Source: Chrysomallon squamiferum
Lineage: Eukaryota > Animalia > Mollusca
DNA length: 64,000 nucleotides
Assembly (NCBI GenBank): GCA_012295275.1
Contig: CM022670.1
Span: 1,674,001 to 1,738,000 of the forward strand
Direction of reading: 5' to 3'
The notes beneath the pieces were generated by a model. It was given only the letters and a program-made list of their open reading frames with translations. It searched no databases and was not told the origin of the DNA. The translations under genes were made by a program, and so were the position numbers. Shown piece by piece: positions 14,091 through 28,441 of the stretch (positions are counted from its first letter, which is position 1; the number at the start of each line of letters is the position of its first letter).

Positions 14091-15704
14091 TTTTTTATAA
14101 ATTATAACTACTGCAAACCATTGGTAATCCTGATCTTTGTTTTTTGACATGAAAAACATTAATAATCCTGTTAGAGGAATCAATCATTCCAAAATTCTGT
14201 TTCTTGTATGCTATGTCATCTATAATGGCTGATACTTAAAATATTACAGAAATACATAAGTAAATGTTAGTGAATCTCTTTTGTGGCAGATTCACATAAC
14301 ATAATTGTCAACATATTTAGGTTTTTCCTTTTTTTTTTAATTCTTCCATCTGCACATCACTTTTGAATCTCTTAATTTTCTGAATTGTTTATATAAGCAT
14401 TTATATTAGTTGATATTCCTTTTTCCTTCTTTTTCCTCCACATATAATATTTATTTATTTTTATAGTTTTTTGTGTTTATTTAATCTGAGAATGTTTCAT
14501 TTTCATTCCAGTTTGAGAATTCAGAAATTTTTTTAAATCTGTTTTAATTTGATGAAAGTTAATATTGATACAATAAGAATAATTAAAGCAAAATTAAAAA
14601 AAAAAAATTAAAATTAAAAAAAAAATGCTACTGTACATTATTTTAAATCACATTTCACATTGTTTTCATAGTCTCATAATTTTGACAGGCAGATTATAAC
14701 TGCCAGTTATAAAAACCATGACTTTTTAATGGTATATTGGGTTAATAATTTTCTATATTTTACTTTATTATTGTGATTTTTTGTATGTTTTTTGGCTTTA
14801 CTTTTTTTGTATAATTGTTCTAATTTATGTTATGTTTATATTCAGCATAATATTTTTTGTTTGTTTAACAGATTTGTTTTTCTTGAAATGAGAAAATTTA
14901 TTTTAATTATTATTATTTTTTTTTTTGGGGTCAAAATGAAATATTGAAAAATAATAATAAAATTTAAAAAATTATAATCCTTTAACAGTATTTAGTCTTA
15001 AATTATTGTTTGCCATTCGACATTAATTTAAACAGGCTTCATTTGTGGTACATTTTAAAATAATTTTTATTTTGTCTTGCAGTATTGTTTTCTTTGGGGC
15101 ATTTTATATTTCTGTTGCAACAGTCTTTTTTTTTTTTTTTTTCTTTTTTTTTTTATTGTTTTTTTTTGGGGGGGTCATATTTAAAGATGGTGATGAAATT
15201 ATTAGTATTTATGAGCAGAAATTTACCAATGTTTATCATGATTCTGTAGCTGAACATAAACTCTGCATTATTTTTAGAAAACAATAGATTTGCATGGTAC
15301 TTATAATTTTAAAATTACATTTGTTGCTGCAGGAATTATTCAATATCTTTTCATGTCACAACAAAAAATTGACAAAAAGAATTTTGGCTGAATATATGGG
15401 CATTCCTGATTGCATAAAGGGGAAAAAAAATCTTTTTTTTTTTTTGGTGAGGGGGTTTTTCTAATCAGTATTATGATTTATAGTATTTTTAACCAGAATA
15501 TTTTTTTTTTTTTTTTTCTCAGTTGATATTTCTGATTTGAATATGCTCATGGACAAAAGAAACAATTGGATTATAATTTCATTATTACTGAAGAAAACTG
15601 ATAAAGCATTTGGAAAAACAATTTATAATTTTGTACCTGGAAAAGCCTGCATCAGTTTGACTTTTTCCAACTTCATAGGTGCTCATGCTTTTCTGTTAGG
15701 AGAG

Positions 15705-15738
<34 letters not shown>

Positions 15739-17289
15739 TAATTTAGAAATTATGATTTTGTATTGTTTCTTATGTCTCTTGGTGTAGTTTGGAATTTTAG
15801 TTCAGGAGATATGACTGTTTATGTGTGTATTTCTTAAAATCTTTGTCTTTTAACATTTTTTATGTCCTTGAATAATGTTTAAGAAAGCATATCTCACTAT
15901 AAACCTGCTATAAATTTCTCTTTATCTTCATGAATTAATCATTCTTTTTCAGATAGGTTATTAAATATTCATGTTCAGTCAACAGCGACCTTATTTGATT
16001 GTTAATTACACTATATAACCATAAAAATGGTGTCTTTGTGTATGAATAACAACTATAAGTCTCAAAACTAATATTACTTACCTAACATTTTGGTACTCCT
16101 TTCATTGATAATGTATAGCTGTTTGTCTAAATTGCTGTGATCTGATTTATGTAAGAATAACAGTATGTTCTGTTGTTTTGTGCAGGAGTAAAACTCTCAG
16201 TGTTTTGAATGGTTTTGTAAGTTAATTTGAGTTCTAAAGAAAGAAATCAGTTTGAAGTAAAATCTGTATTGATGGTTAAATCTGAAGTCAAAACAGGCTT
16301 AACACATTACAATCAGAAAATGACATCAGAAAATGAAAACATTTATAACAGATTTAAAAGCAAAGGAGTGATAAGGTACGCAGTCAGTTGTTAAATTTTA
16401 AACAGAATTCCAGCAGGGACCAACTATATACACATTTACATTGGATTTTACTGAGCCAGGTATTTAGCTTTTCTGCATTGTGGTCTAAAATTTTGCATAA
16501 TAATAAGATTAAATGTGGGAGACTTTCTCTTATTATTTAATTTAATTTAAAAAAAAAAAAAATTCAGTATAATTTTGATCTGAAATACAGTTCATATTAA
16601 GTTTGGCACACAAAATCTAGTCTATCAATTACTTTGTGTTGTATGTTTAGTTTGACTCTTTTGGTTATGGATGGTGTTGATATTACAAATAAGAGAAGTT
16701 TGTGCAATGTTCTGTATCTATAACAGGTTGATTGTTCTTGTTTTAAGTCCATGGTGTTTGATACACTAAATGCCATTAAAATTCTCATACGCAAGCAGTT
16801 TCATACAGCAGGATTTCTGATTTTTTTTATTTTCGATTGACCATGAATTTCTTTACAATTTAATATGGCATTTTAATATTCATGGTTTAAGAGTAATAAT
16901 TAACAAAAAGATTTGCATTATATGTTTATATACATTTTGAAATTGTTTCTTGTTTATAATATATTACAAACATGTTCTGTTATTCGCATAATATTAATGA
17001 CAGGTATATTTTGTTGTAGCTTTAAAAGTGCATTTTTGACTTACAATTTGTGCAATCTCATTCAGTACTTGTTAAAATAGTGTGTGTATTTTACAACATG
17101 TAAAACTGACCATAGTTGAATCCTCATCTTAAAACTTAAAGAGAAACAGAAAACTATAATGTTTATTTATTTGTATCAAGATTAACAGTTCTGTATTGCA
17201 TATGGAAACTATTATTTTATTCCGTGCAATTAGTAAAATCATTTTACTTGTGCAATTAACAGATCTCATCAGAATGAGTGGTTATTCAA

Positions 17290-17348
17290 TAGCCAATAAT
17301 ATTTATGTTTACATTCCAGTAGCCAATAATATTTATGTTTACTTTCCA
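17290..17348. repeat. 30-bp tandem duplication
   Basis: TAGCCAATAATATTTATGTTTACWTTCCA occurs twice. Confidence 0.9.
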
Positions 17349-20300
17349 ACATCCAGTTCTGTTTGTTTGGTTTTCTGTTTTGTTTTTTGCCTCTTGTTGA
17401 AAGCTTTATTGTGAAATACATTTATATATTACATATAGATTCTGCTGTGATTTTGTTTTTCTTGTTGATTGTATATATGTGTATCTATATAATTATATTA
17501 GGTATTGTTTCATAAATTAACTATTATTATTATTATTATTATTATTTTTTTTTTTTTTTTTCTTTCAGTTTAGAAAACATGTTGGACCTTAGGTTTTAAA
17601 AACATATCATTATATCATATCTAAAATATTAATTATTTGTGAAATTTACAGAAAGAATATAATCATTAGCTTATATACTGAATTAAAAATAAAACTTTAC
17701 TTGCAGCCTTTGGCGAATCCATTCCATAGTTGAAGAATATTCTCTTCAACCAGCCATTCCATGAAGCTGGCTGTGCTGTCAGTGTTATAAGCATTGTTGT
17801 TAATATTTCAGTGTCATCATTTTTTTTTCTTTTTTTTTTAATAATTTCAAAATGTTTCCTGTTTTCAGAACCTAAGGTCTGACAAATGTTTGCAGTGGCA
17901 TGTATCAGTTAACTAATTTCAAATTAGATAATACTGTATTACAAATGGATGGTAGTCTTTATTATTTTATGAGATGTTAAGAATACCAGGAATGTGGAAA
18001 TTGATGATGGATAGTGAAAAAAAAAAAAAAAAAAAAATATATTTAAGTTAATGACTATATTAACCATTTTCCATGTACATTGTTTAAATATTTAACCTCA
18101 TCTGCTAAATTATATTGTTGTTTAATACGCAGTGGAATGTTGAAGAGTAACAAAATAAATTTTCTTAATTCCTGTATTTATCAGTTACAGCATTATTTTA
18201 ACCAACAACATTAATTCAAGTATACAGAATAAATAATCGGGTGATCTGAAACTAATTTTACTTTGTCACTAGTCTGTTGTTATTCCTGTTTGTATGTGAA
18301 TAATAAGTGTGACAATAATTTATTGAAATAAGTTGAAAAAAGAAAAACATCAACAACATTAAAACTTTTTAAAAACTTTTTAGTCTATTCTAAATTTTTC
18401 TTTTCTATCATATTTTTCAGTACGAATTGCTGTTAATTACATATTGCCAAATATTTCACCTCAACATTGTTTTAGTTACTTTTATCACTATGATTAATAA
18501 GTTTTCATATCTTTCTCTAAAGACATTTCTTATAAAAAAAAAAAAAAAAAAAAATGTCTCAACACTTGAATTTACTGTAGTCTAATTTGTAGCCTAAATA
18601 GATATATGTCCACAGATTAGAAATCCATAGCTGTTATGTGTGTTGAATCATCTACTTAATCTGTAATGTTGGGAAATGTTTTGTTAGGGTATACAAGATT
18701 GTTCCTTCACATACTATTTGATGTTTTTCTGTTAACTTATTGAAGTCTATTAATATAAAAGAAAAACTAGCATGCAGGTTATATTGTAGATAAATCCACT
18801 GTCTGTAGATGGAAGTAATAAATAAAATCATTGAACATCATTCTGTCTTTGTTGTTATTACATCATGTTTTGTTTATGTTTGGAAGGAAAAAAAAATCAT
18901 GATGATTGTAAATATTTGGTTTTGTAATAAGAAATAACAAGTGAACAATGAATAATAAGCTTTCATTACTTTCAGAATATATCACAGGAATATTTGTAAC
19001 ATAAATGCAGACGCCCACATACGCGTACTGTATTCGAGTATGTATGTTATGTTGTTTAGTGATGTCAAAAAGAAATTCACCGTTGCCATTCCATATTCCT
19101 TTTATTTACAGTGTATGAACTTTCATTTACACCAGTCCAGAAGTAAAGAGCCAGAAATAATTTGTTAATGTTAATTATTCTGATCATTATTCTGATCGAG
19201 CATGCAAGGGAAGACTGGGCCATAGTAAAAAAAAAAATCTTTTGTTAGCTAATTTAAACTACATTTCAGAAAAAAAAAGATAATCACTAAGACAGAAGTA
19301 CCAAACCAAGTATATGGATTTCAGATTCAGAGATAACAAGGTTTTATCTCAAAATGATCAAAGAAGAAAACTTATCCCATGACAGAAGCCACAGACCAGT
19401 AAAAAAAAATTTAAGGAGAAATTGGAAGTCATACAAGTCGACAACATTAAGAAAATTTGAAAGATAACAACAGCTGAACCCTTGCTCTGAAATAACAGAA
19501 TACTTTGCAAAACTGATTCAAATAAGCAGAAGAAATTCATTATATCACTGCTTAGTTTTTTTTAGCAACCAGATGGGATATTAATATTCAATGTTTGGCT
19601 GCATGAGAAACCAGATGGGTTCAAAGGTTAATGTTAGTAGTCCAGCACTTTGAAAACAATAAAAGGTCAAAGATCAACACTGTCTGGTACAGTTGTTGAG
19701 TGAGTTTCCAGTTTGTTCAGTGTTCCATGACTTGTTCATAGTTGATTATACTGTTTATAGGAAGATCTCTACATATGCATCCCTTGTAAATATTTTATCA
19801 ATAGGTGCTGACCATAAATTAATAATATAAAGGCTTTGCCATGTTGTAATTATTACAAAAGGAATAAAAAATAACAAATAATAATGGAAAAAATATATAT
19901 ATTTAAAAATGGTCACCTTATCTTCTTATTTTTGAAAATGTAAAAAATTAAAAACAAGATATATTATAAGAAATACATATTTGAAAAGTGAATGATCCAG
20001 CATTCAGTACATAACAGTTTAAAACCAGAATCAAAAGCTAAATTATAGTTATATATATACAAATTTATTTTTAAATTTAAACGAATAAGTCTTACAAAAT
20101 TAATAATTAATTGTGTATATGTAATACAAGAATTAACACAGAAACAACTTAAAAATTGATATATATATATACATGCAACAGAATATTAGTAAAAACAACA
20201 TTTAAAAAGAACATAACATATACACATACATACAAACATACATTTGTATATATTTAGAAGGTTTCTTAAAAATAGTAAAATTGAAATTGTTATATTAAGT

Positions 20301-20780
20301 AAAATACTACGAAAAACCAAAAATTACAGTAACAAAAATAAAACCAACCCCAAAACAAAACATGAACAAACAAATATAAACAAAACAAAAATGCAAAAAT
20401 GATTTATAAAAACCAGGTTAAATTAGTAACCTTTTAGGAGCCTGCTCCTCTAGAAATAATATCTTTATAACAATAAAACTTTGTAATTTGATTATCATCA
20501 TACAGTTTGATTCCTTAGTGATTAAATGGATTAATTAAAAAGACTACATTAAACAATAAAAAATATGTTTAATGACACACCAATCACTTGTCTAACTTCA
20601 GATCTGATTTAAAGAAGGAAAACACTTTTACTTATTAAGGCAGACATTTTACATTTTTTTGGTATACTCCATCTATTCAAGGCATCATAGATTGCTATCA
20701 CAGTCAGAAAAATTTCTATACAATAACATTATTAAGAATAACAATTAACATTATAAAAAAAAACAACAAAACAACATCTT

Positions 20781-20818
<38 letters not shown>

Positions 20819-22145
20819 TAGCATCTACTTTTCATTAATGGCTGCATGCAGTAGTTATAATATTCATCACAATTTTTGAGTTTCATTTATTAAATATATT
20901 AATGTACATTTCATTTTTTTCACAACATAAATGCTGATATTGATAAACATATTACATTAAAATATATAATTAATTTAAAAAGTCTATGACACAGACAACA
21001 CAAATAAAATCAACAAAAAAGAAAAGAAGCTGTCCTATATTTACAAGATAAATGTATTTTTTAAAATATACAGCTTTGAAATACCACAAAATTAAAGCTT
21101 AAAAAAAAAAAATATATATATAAATTAATCTTCTCCAGATGTGTAACAAAATGAGTAATGTAAAATATTGATTAATTAATGATTATATGCTGGATGAAAC
21201 ATCAAGAAACTAAGAAAAAAAAAATAATAATTATAATATCAACCAGAGTAACATTTTTAATAATCCAGTATAATTTATGTTTATAAAAAATATTTAAATT
21301 ACAGTTTTAATTTTCTGTGGAAATAAATAAGATAAATATTCAAAATACTTAACAATGATAATAAAATAAAAAATACATAAAATTTATATTAACATTTTTA
21401 ATAATCAAACACAATTCAGTCAAGTAACGAATGTATTTTTGGATATATTTAAAAAATAAATCATTAATACTTATCAGTAATATATTAAAAACATTTTAGA
21501 AAAAAGAAGAACGAAGTTTCATATAACATTTTTGAATCAAAGACAATTCAAACTTGTAATGAATATGAAAAACAAACAAAAATAAGCATTTATTTGTTTT
21601 TCAGATATATTTAAAATATTAAGAACAGACTGAAAGATAAAAAAATACATTACAATAAATAAAACATGCAATATTTATACATATAATCTGTTTATAAATT
21701 AGAAATTTTCTGAAAAATAATATAAGCAAATATCACAGTTCAATAATAGGATTATGGATGGAATGTCATAGATAAGTATAAAAATACATTAAAAAATTAT
21801 TTTGTTATTTATTAAAACAAAATTAACAAACAAAAATTAATAAACACCAAGTAAGAAAACCTTTGTAAATAAATAATAAAATGTATGAGACTATCATACT
21901 TTATCAAAATAATTATGTTTCAGAATATCACCATTCTGTGATCAGTGTTAAAACTTAACGTACCAAAAATTTAGAAATAAATAATAAATTGTCTTGAACA
22001 AATTCTTTAACATGGCTACCAAACCACTATATTGAACAGATGTTTCCAGAACAGCTTTTTATCCAAAAACATAATCATAATTTAGTATTCATCAGAATTA
22101 TGTTGATACCTTTTTGTTTATTCTGAACTTTTCCAAAATGCCTGT

Positions 22146-25100
22146 TTATTTCTTTTGGCTTTTCTTCTTTTTAAGAGTCTTGTGTTTTTTAATTATGTTC
22201 TTGTCCGTCCCTCCATCCTCTGTGCCAGGGACTTCACTAGACCTCTCTTTTTCTGAAGTCACATGGTCTGAAGATGGCAGACTTCTGCCAGTGGTAGGTT
22301 TGCTTAAATCTGAAGAATCTAGGTCAATCCTGTTTGGATCTGGCAAATCTAATTCAGAGTCTTGTGCTGCAGATGCTGTTTGTAGTTTTCTGAGCATGCC
22401 AGTATCACTAGGTTCTGAAAAATATGAAGAAATGAACACTATTTTTAAATATCAGTGATATGTTATGAATAAATAAGCCAAATTTAACATTACCATTGGA
22501 TAATGTTCCTGATTAAATGAAATTAAGTATCAGTCAGGTGATGTAAAAAAAGAAATGCACTATTGGATAATGTTTCTGATTAAAGCAACAGACTTTTGCT
22601 GGAATAGGAAATAACCAATTGTGCTTTACAGAGTGGATGATTCTGTGGTGATTCTGTTATGTTTTTCAAATGAGTGTTCTACTACTTAACTAAAGTTCAC
22701 TTTTTATGGAAACACAAAAGTAAGTAATTGTTTAACTTTAAAAAGAATAAACGATTTAATAACATTTACCACAATGACAAATAAATCAATAAATGAAAAA
22801 AATTGTTTTAAATAAATAAAATAGCAATAAATAGTTTTAAATAAATAAAAATGAAATCAATAGTTTACCCTTTAAATACATAAAGACATGAATGTTTTAA
22901 ACACATTACTTCAGATCTGCAGAAAAAATTCTGGCTTTGCTGTATGATGACATTATAAAATTTTATAATTAGTATTTCAGACATATTTGTTGCACCAGTA
23001 TATTGTCAAGTTATGGCTGTTAAATATAAAGACAAGATAAAAATCTTGTTACACACAATAAGTTATGTTGTAATAAAAATAACAAAATTAAACTGACTTC
23101 TTCTTTTTACACTTGTGTCTCTGTTTTTCTTTCTCAGTCCACCATCTTTACTCCTCTCTGAGGTTGTGCTCTGGTCTTCTCTTCTGGCTTCAACTTTAAT
23201 CTGTGTCACCTTCTGCTGACCTGAAAACCACATTAAAACAGTATTACCATGTGTACACACACAAAAACAAAATATTCAAACATTAAATACATATATAGAA
23301 ACAATTTATCACAGAAAACAGTGTCTTTCTTGTCAGTAAAAATTAATTAATCCAACTTGCACTTCCATAACCTCCCCAAAAAAACAAACAACAAACAAAA
23401 AACAAAACAAAGAATCAATATAATAAAAGTCTTATCTTCTGCACTGAATGACTAGTAATCTTTTTTTCATGAAATTAAAACCACTGTAATTTCACCCAAT
23501 CAAATAGAATCCAAACACCCTCCTTATTCCTATCATAGCTGTACATTAAATTAAATATTTCTTACTTTTTGTGTTGTCAGTTGTTGATTCTCCTTGTTCA
23601 AAGTCTTCCAGAGTGATTCCAGTCTGCTTGGTTTGGCTCACTTCAGTTTCATCAGATAAAAATGCTGGATTGACAAATCCTGGAGGTTCAGCTCTGCTGT
23701 CTCTTGATTTACTGGAACCTGATCTGAAACAACAACTTACATCTGTTAGAAATACATGTCACTTCTATATTATGTACTGAAATATATTCATTATCACTGA
23801 ATTAAAAACAGTATACTTACATACATAGATAAACACATATATGTCACTTCTATATTACATTCTGAAGTATATACTTTATCATGGAATTAAAAAAAAAAAG
23901 AATTCAGATTTTAAATTCTATGCTTATTATATAAATGACAATGATATATTTCTATATTATTTACTGTAATACATATCATATCTGATTCAGAAATAATTAT
24001 GCTCAGGAATAATCTAATGTTTGGCATTCAGATTTTTAAATTTTTTTTTTTTTTTTTTTTTTTACTAAAACTCACCTCATCTTTAAAGTCAGGTCCACCT
24101 TAGTGGTAGAGCCCTATTTTTCAGATATCATAAATCTGCTATAATTATTATTTCTAAATTCTGAAATTGTGTTTGTTATAAGTTGAATCAGGAAACCAGG
24201 AAATGCACACCACACTCTTTGCTACAGCTTTGTGTGAAACAGTCAAAGATATAAAAAACAATGAACTCTCAGTTAATAAAAATAAAAAAAAAGAGATATA
24301 AATAAATCTGTTATACCTTGAGCCTGTAGCTGGGACTGGTAGTAAATCAGGTACTCCTGTTATGATTGATGACAAACTTTTCTCATCCTAAATAAAACAT
24401 AAAATATATACAAGCAGTTAGTATTAAAGTACTACAGTATTATAATAGTTTAATATAATTTCAAACATGATCAAGAATGTAAAACTAATTTCACTGTTTG
24501 TTTAGTTATAACTTATAGTCATCATTGTGGAATATAATCTAGTTATGAAGTTAAATGATTGCATTCAACAAGGTTTTTGTTTTTGTATATGTTTTTATAT
24601 GCTGCTACTTGCTGTTTTTTATTTAAGAAAAAAATTATATCATTAAAATAGATAATATATATTATGAATTCATCATTAGGACCATCAAATCTGATTTGCA
24701 TTTGTGTCATATGTGTAATATTTAGAGAATAATTTTTTTTTTTTTATTGTCATCAAACTAATCTTGTAACATCAGCTTAATCAGTGTGTCATACTTCAGT
24801 AACATTAGGCTTGAGGTGCAAGTTAATTTTACATCAGGTTAAGTTAAAACACAAATACCTCATCTAAGTCCATGAGACTGAATGGAAAATTCAGAGATTG
24901 AGAGAGTTCCTCCTGGTCAGGGCCACACAGAGGTTCTGGGTAAAGATCTTCAGAATATTCCTGTTTGTCTGAAAAAATGCAGTAAGTGTTTATTAATTAC
25001 TCTTTTTAAAAAAAAAAAAAATCACTAAATAAATAAGTAAATAAAAAAAAATTTAAAAAAATAAAATAAATCAAAAATCAAATAACAACAACAATAATAA

Positions 25101-26590
25101 TGGTAATAATAATAATTTAAAAAAAAATAGTGGATTATCTTTTTCAATTTTTGTACCAAATAAGACGAAAACTCACACTAAACTTCTTTTTAAGTATAAT
25201 TTCTCAATAACTATTAAATATTTTCTTTAATTCCACCATATACCATAGAGTATCTTATAAAATAAATTAAAACTGTGGAATTATATACAGAACAACAAAA
25301 TAGATTATTTTAAAAATTATTTTATCCAGATATTTACCTTCAACAACAGGATTAGAAGATGATTCAGGCCAAATTATCTCTAGTTCTGGACCAGTGATCT
25401 GTTGTTTGGCAACCTTTTCTGCACGCCCATTTAAAAATACACCTTTAAAAAAAAAAAAAAATAAAAAAAAAATAAAAAATAAAAAAATAAAAAATCATAA
25501 AAATAAAATAAAATAATAAAAAAAAGAGTGAATTAAACCCCTGAAAATAAAGTACTGTTACTTACACAGAATGATTTGCAAATATAACAGAAAAAACATT
25601 TATGTTATAAAAATAAATTTTACAATATTAGCATCATAAATAATACAGATATCAATAAATCAGTCTAAATATTAAAAGAGAAACTTGTAATTTAAAAATT
25701 TAAACTAACCCATGACAAACATTTTCAGAAGCAGTCTTCTCTTAGTTGGAGACACCAGAATGAGGTCATAGTCGCGCTGAGCCATGCGATGTGAAAACAT
25801 TGGCATCATCTTCATGAGTTCAGCTGTTGTACCACGAATAGAATCTTTTACATTTTCTACAAAACACAAAGAGAATCTACTTAACTAACATTCTTTTAAA
25901 AACTGTTTGATTTTTTGTTCTGTTTAATAGGTGTCAAAACATTAAATAGATAACTGATAATATATTTTGTTCAGATATTTGGATTAAATGACACCTAAAA
26001 ACATTTTCTTCAGTTTTATTACTTATCAACGTTCAAACCATAAATAAATTTTACTTACTTTTCACATAGTTACATTCCATTTGCAAAAAATCTATAATAT
26101 TATGAAAAAGCGAAAATAAAAATTTAAGAAGCAAAAGTAAAATTGAAGTACTGACCGCCAAAAAGAGATTTGGGTTCAAGTTTCTTGTGTAGCAAGATCA
26201 TTTCATCAAGCAGATCCCAGAGTGTGTCATGAAGAGCGTCTGCCAGCAGTTCAGCTTCTCTCAGGTATGCATTTATCACCTGAATCTGATGTGACAGTTC
26301 ATGGACAGGTGCAAACATTGGATGAACACTGCGACACTTCTCTGTAAAACACAAAAATCTCATTAAAAATCTGTTTCATTTATATATATAAAAAAAAAAA
26401 AAAAAAAAAAAAGATAAATATATTTTATTTTCTTTAGTTTTTTATCAAAGAAATTATATTAATTATTTATAATAAAACTTTAAATCTGGAAAAATCAGTA
26501 GAGGAAACTTCACTAAAATATTTATCTGCTGACAAAATCTTTTTATAAATATAATTAATAATAATGACATTAACCAATAATATTTTAAAA

Positions 26591-26681
<91 letters not shown>

Positions 26682-28032
26682 GTAACTACTTACCAAGAAC
26701 GGCTCTTCCTCTAAGCAATGCATTCATAAACTTATTTGTTTCAGAGCTCAGACTGTCTGCACTGTGGGTATTCATCATGGGCCACAGTGGATTCTTCAGA
26801 CTTCTTCCACCACAACAGAAATGAGCTGCTATCAGATACATGAGGAACATGAAGATTACGATGACCATCATTACATTGACAACTGCAATCACCAGTGTTG
26901 CATAAGGCTCAACAAGCCAAGGTGATGAAACATCGGAAGGAGGCACGCTGGCAATAGAAGCTCCAAACAAAGCATCTCCAATGAGGCACAAATAACACAT
27001 GATAAAAACAATGTTAAAGGCAAGAATCCTGAAAGGTCGGATAATGACAAAAAGAAACCAGACCAAAATCAGAATGACAACGATGGTTATTGCTTGGGCT
27101 AGAATGTACTGATGGAGGGATGCATATGCAATGAGAAGCAGCAGTTTGGAAATGTGCACAGCTGCACGGTAGTGAACCCCGTTCAGTCTGAAGGATGAAA
27201 ATATGTGAAATCCTTTGACGAGCCAGATAACATCCAGTCCAGATATGTATTCCATTTCTTTCAGTTGCAGGTACCTTTCGTGGTGTTCTGATGTAGATGC
27301 CAGAACTTCGTGTCTTGTTCTGTAAATCATCCATCCTGATAAGCCAATAAACAGTACGACAACTGTCAGCATTGCGAAGAACAGGTAGGCCCAGTGAGAA
27401 CCTCTGAAACAAGTCAGGTCATTCAGAACATCCACCTGTCCAGTTCCGGTGCAGTGGAACATTTTGAAAATGAATGTTCCAAGAGGCAAGGCAAAAATCT
27501 GGCAAATAATCATCAGAGCTCTCTCCATTCTAGCAGTGTGAACAAGAAGATAGGGTCGCCTTCTATATCGCAGAATTCCATACACCACGGCAAACGATGT
27601 TAAAACTATGAAAATAAAAATGACCCAACCAACAACTAAATAATTAAAAGAAAAAGGCAACAGTGAGCTTGGAATGTCATAGTCCTGGACTCCCTTATAA
27701 ACACCACTGCTAACTTTAACAAAGTCCCACACATCCACATTGAAAATTAAAAGGAAGTTAGTATAATGTAGCCAAGTCATTGGCCACACCCATTTCAGTG
27801 ACATGGACTGCATTAAGGCTAGAATCTGCAGAAATTCCAAGACAAGAATCAGTGCATCTGATCCAATCTGAGCAGTTTTCCGCTTCCATTTCAGTTTATA
27901 AAGTGGTCCATCTTCAAGGTCCAAGTTAGATTCAGTTGATGTTTCTGGTAAATAAAGATGTTCTGCCTTGACATGGCCTGATGTTTGTGATAACAGAGGT
28001 TTGGTAACCTTATGTCTGTAAACCTTTTCCAT
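22146..28032 (-). CDS. Uncharacterised multi-pass membrane protein (~835 aa, ~8 TM helices, long cytoplasmic tail). Coding exons 28032-26694, 26341-26156, 25856-25710, 25442-25338, 24968-24859, 24387-24317, 23723-23566, 23220-23098, 22414-22146
   Basis: A 448-aa hydrophobic ORF plus eight downstream exons with GT-AG boundaries and consistent phases (2508 nt in total). The Lys-rich C-terminus ends at TAA 22146-22148. Acceptor before 28057 and an upstream non-coding exon donor gtaag at 28441-28437. Minus-strand AATAAA at 19101-19106. Confidence 0.85.
26596..26681. repeat. (AAT)n microsatellite. Others at ~6047-6090, ~28177-28222, ~49938-49975, ~61805-61858
   Basis: Perfect trinucleotide runs; they account for the poly-N and poly-Y ORFs in the track. 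Confidence 0.95.
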
Positions 28033-28174
28033 TGTTCAGTTACTGATGGTTTTACTTCTGAAAATTAAATTAATTTTGTTTAAATACTCCTTTATTTTTT
28101 GTTTCTTTCAATGTACCTTACAAAAAAAAAAAAATATATTTTTAGTAAATTGTTTATTATTTGTACAGTTAGAC

Positions 28175-28232
<58 letters not shown>

Positions 28233-28441
28233 AATAAATAAATAAATAAAAATATAATAATTTGTTTTGTTTTGTTTTTGTTTTTTGTATTATCTTTTCC
28301 TTTGAAGTTTTTGGTGTACAATCAATTAAAGATGAAAGAACAAACAAATGATTTAATGTTTAAATCAGTATTAATATAACTAAAAATCAGATTTAGAGGA
28401 CATTTATTAATTTTACACATCGATTTATATATTACACTTAC

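Larger units (their letters stand above)
13254..18845 (+). other. Putative long (~5.6 kb) Rab3 3' UTR
   Basis: T-rich sense-strand skew continues to ~18.9 kb. Tandem AATAAA at 18817-18826 is followed by a GT-rich element. The skew reverses after ~19.0 kb. Confidence 0.5.

Noticed and set aside
26463-26824. Poly-Y and poly-N ORFs (and similar F/Y/L/I-rich ORFs at 15045, 28108, 37339, 42611, 49836, 51491-52098, 58209, 61783)
   Set aside because: Translations of microsatellites or low-complexity intron and UTR sequence.
27014-27603. Overlapping alternative-frame and antisense ORFs within the TM-gene exon (also 45117, 45225, 62870, 62881, 63574, 22114, 23571)
   Set aside because: Shadows of real GC-richer exons, mostly with non-ATG starts and no motifs.
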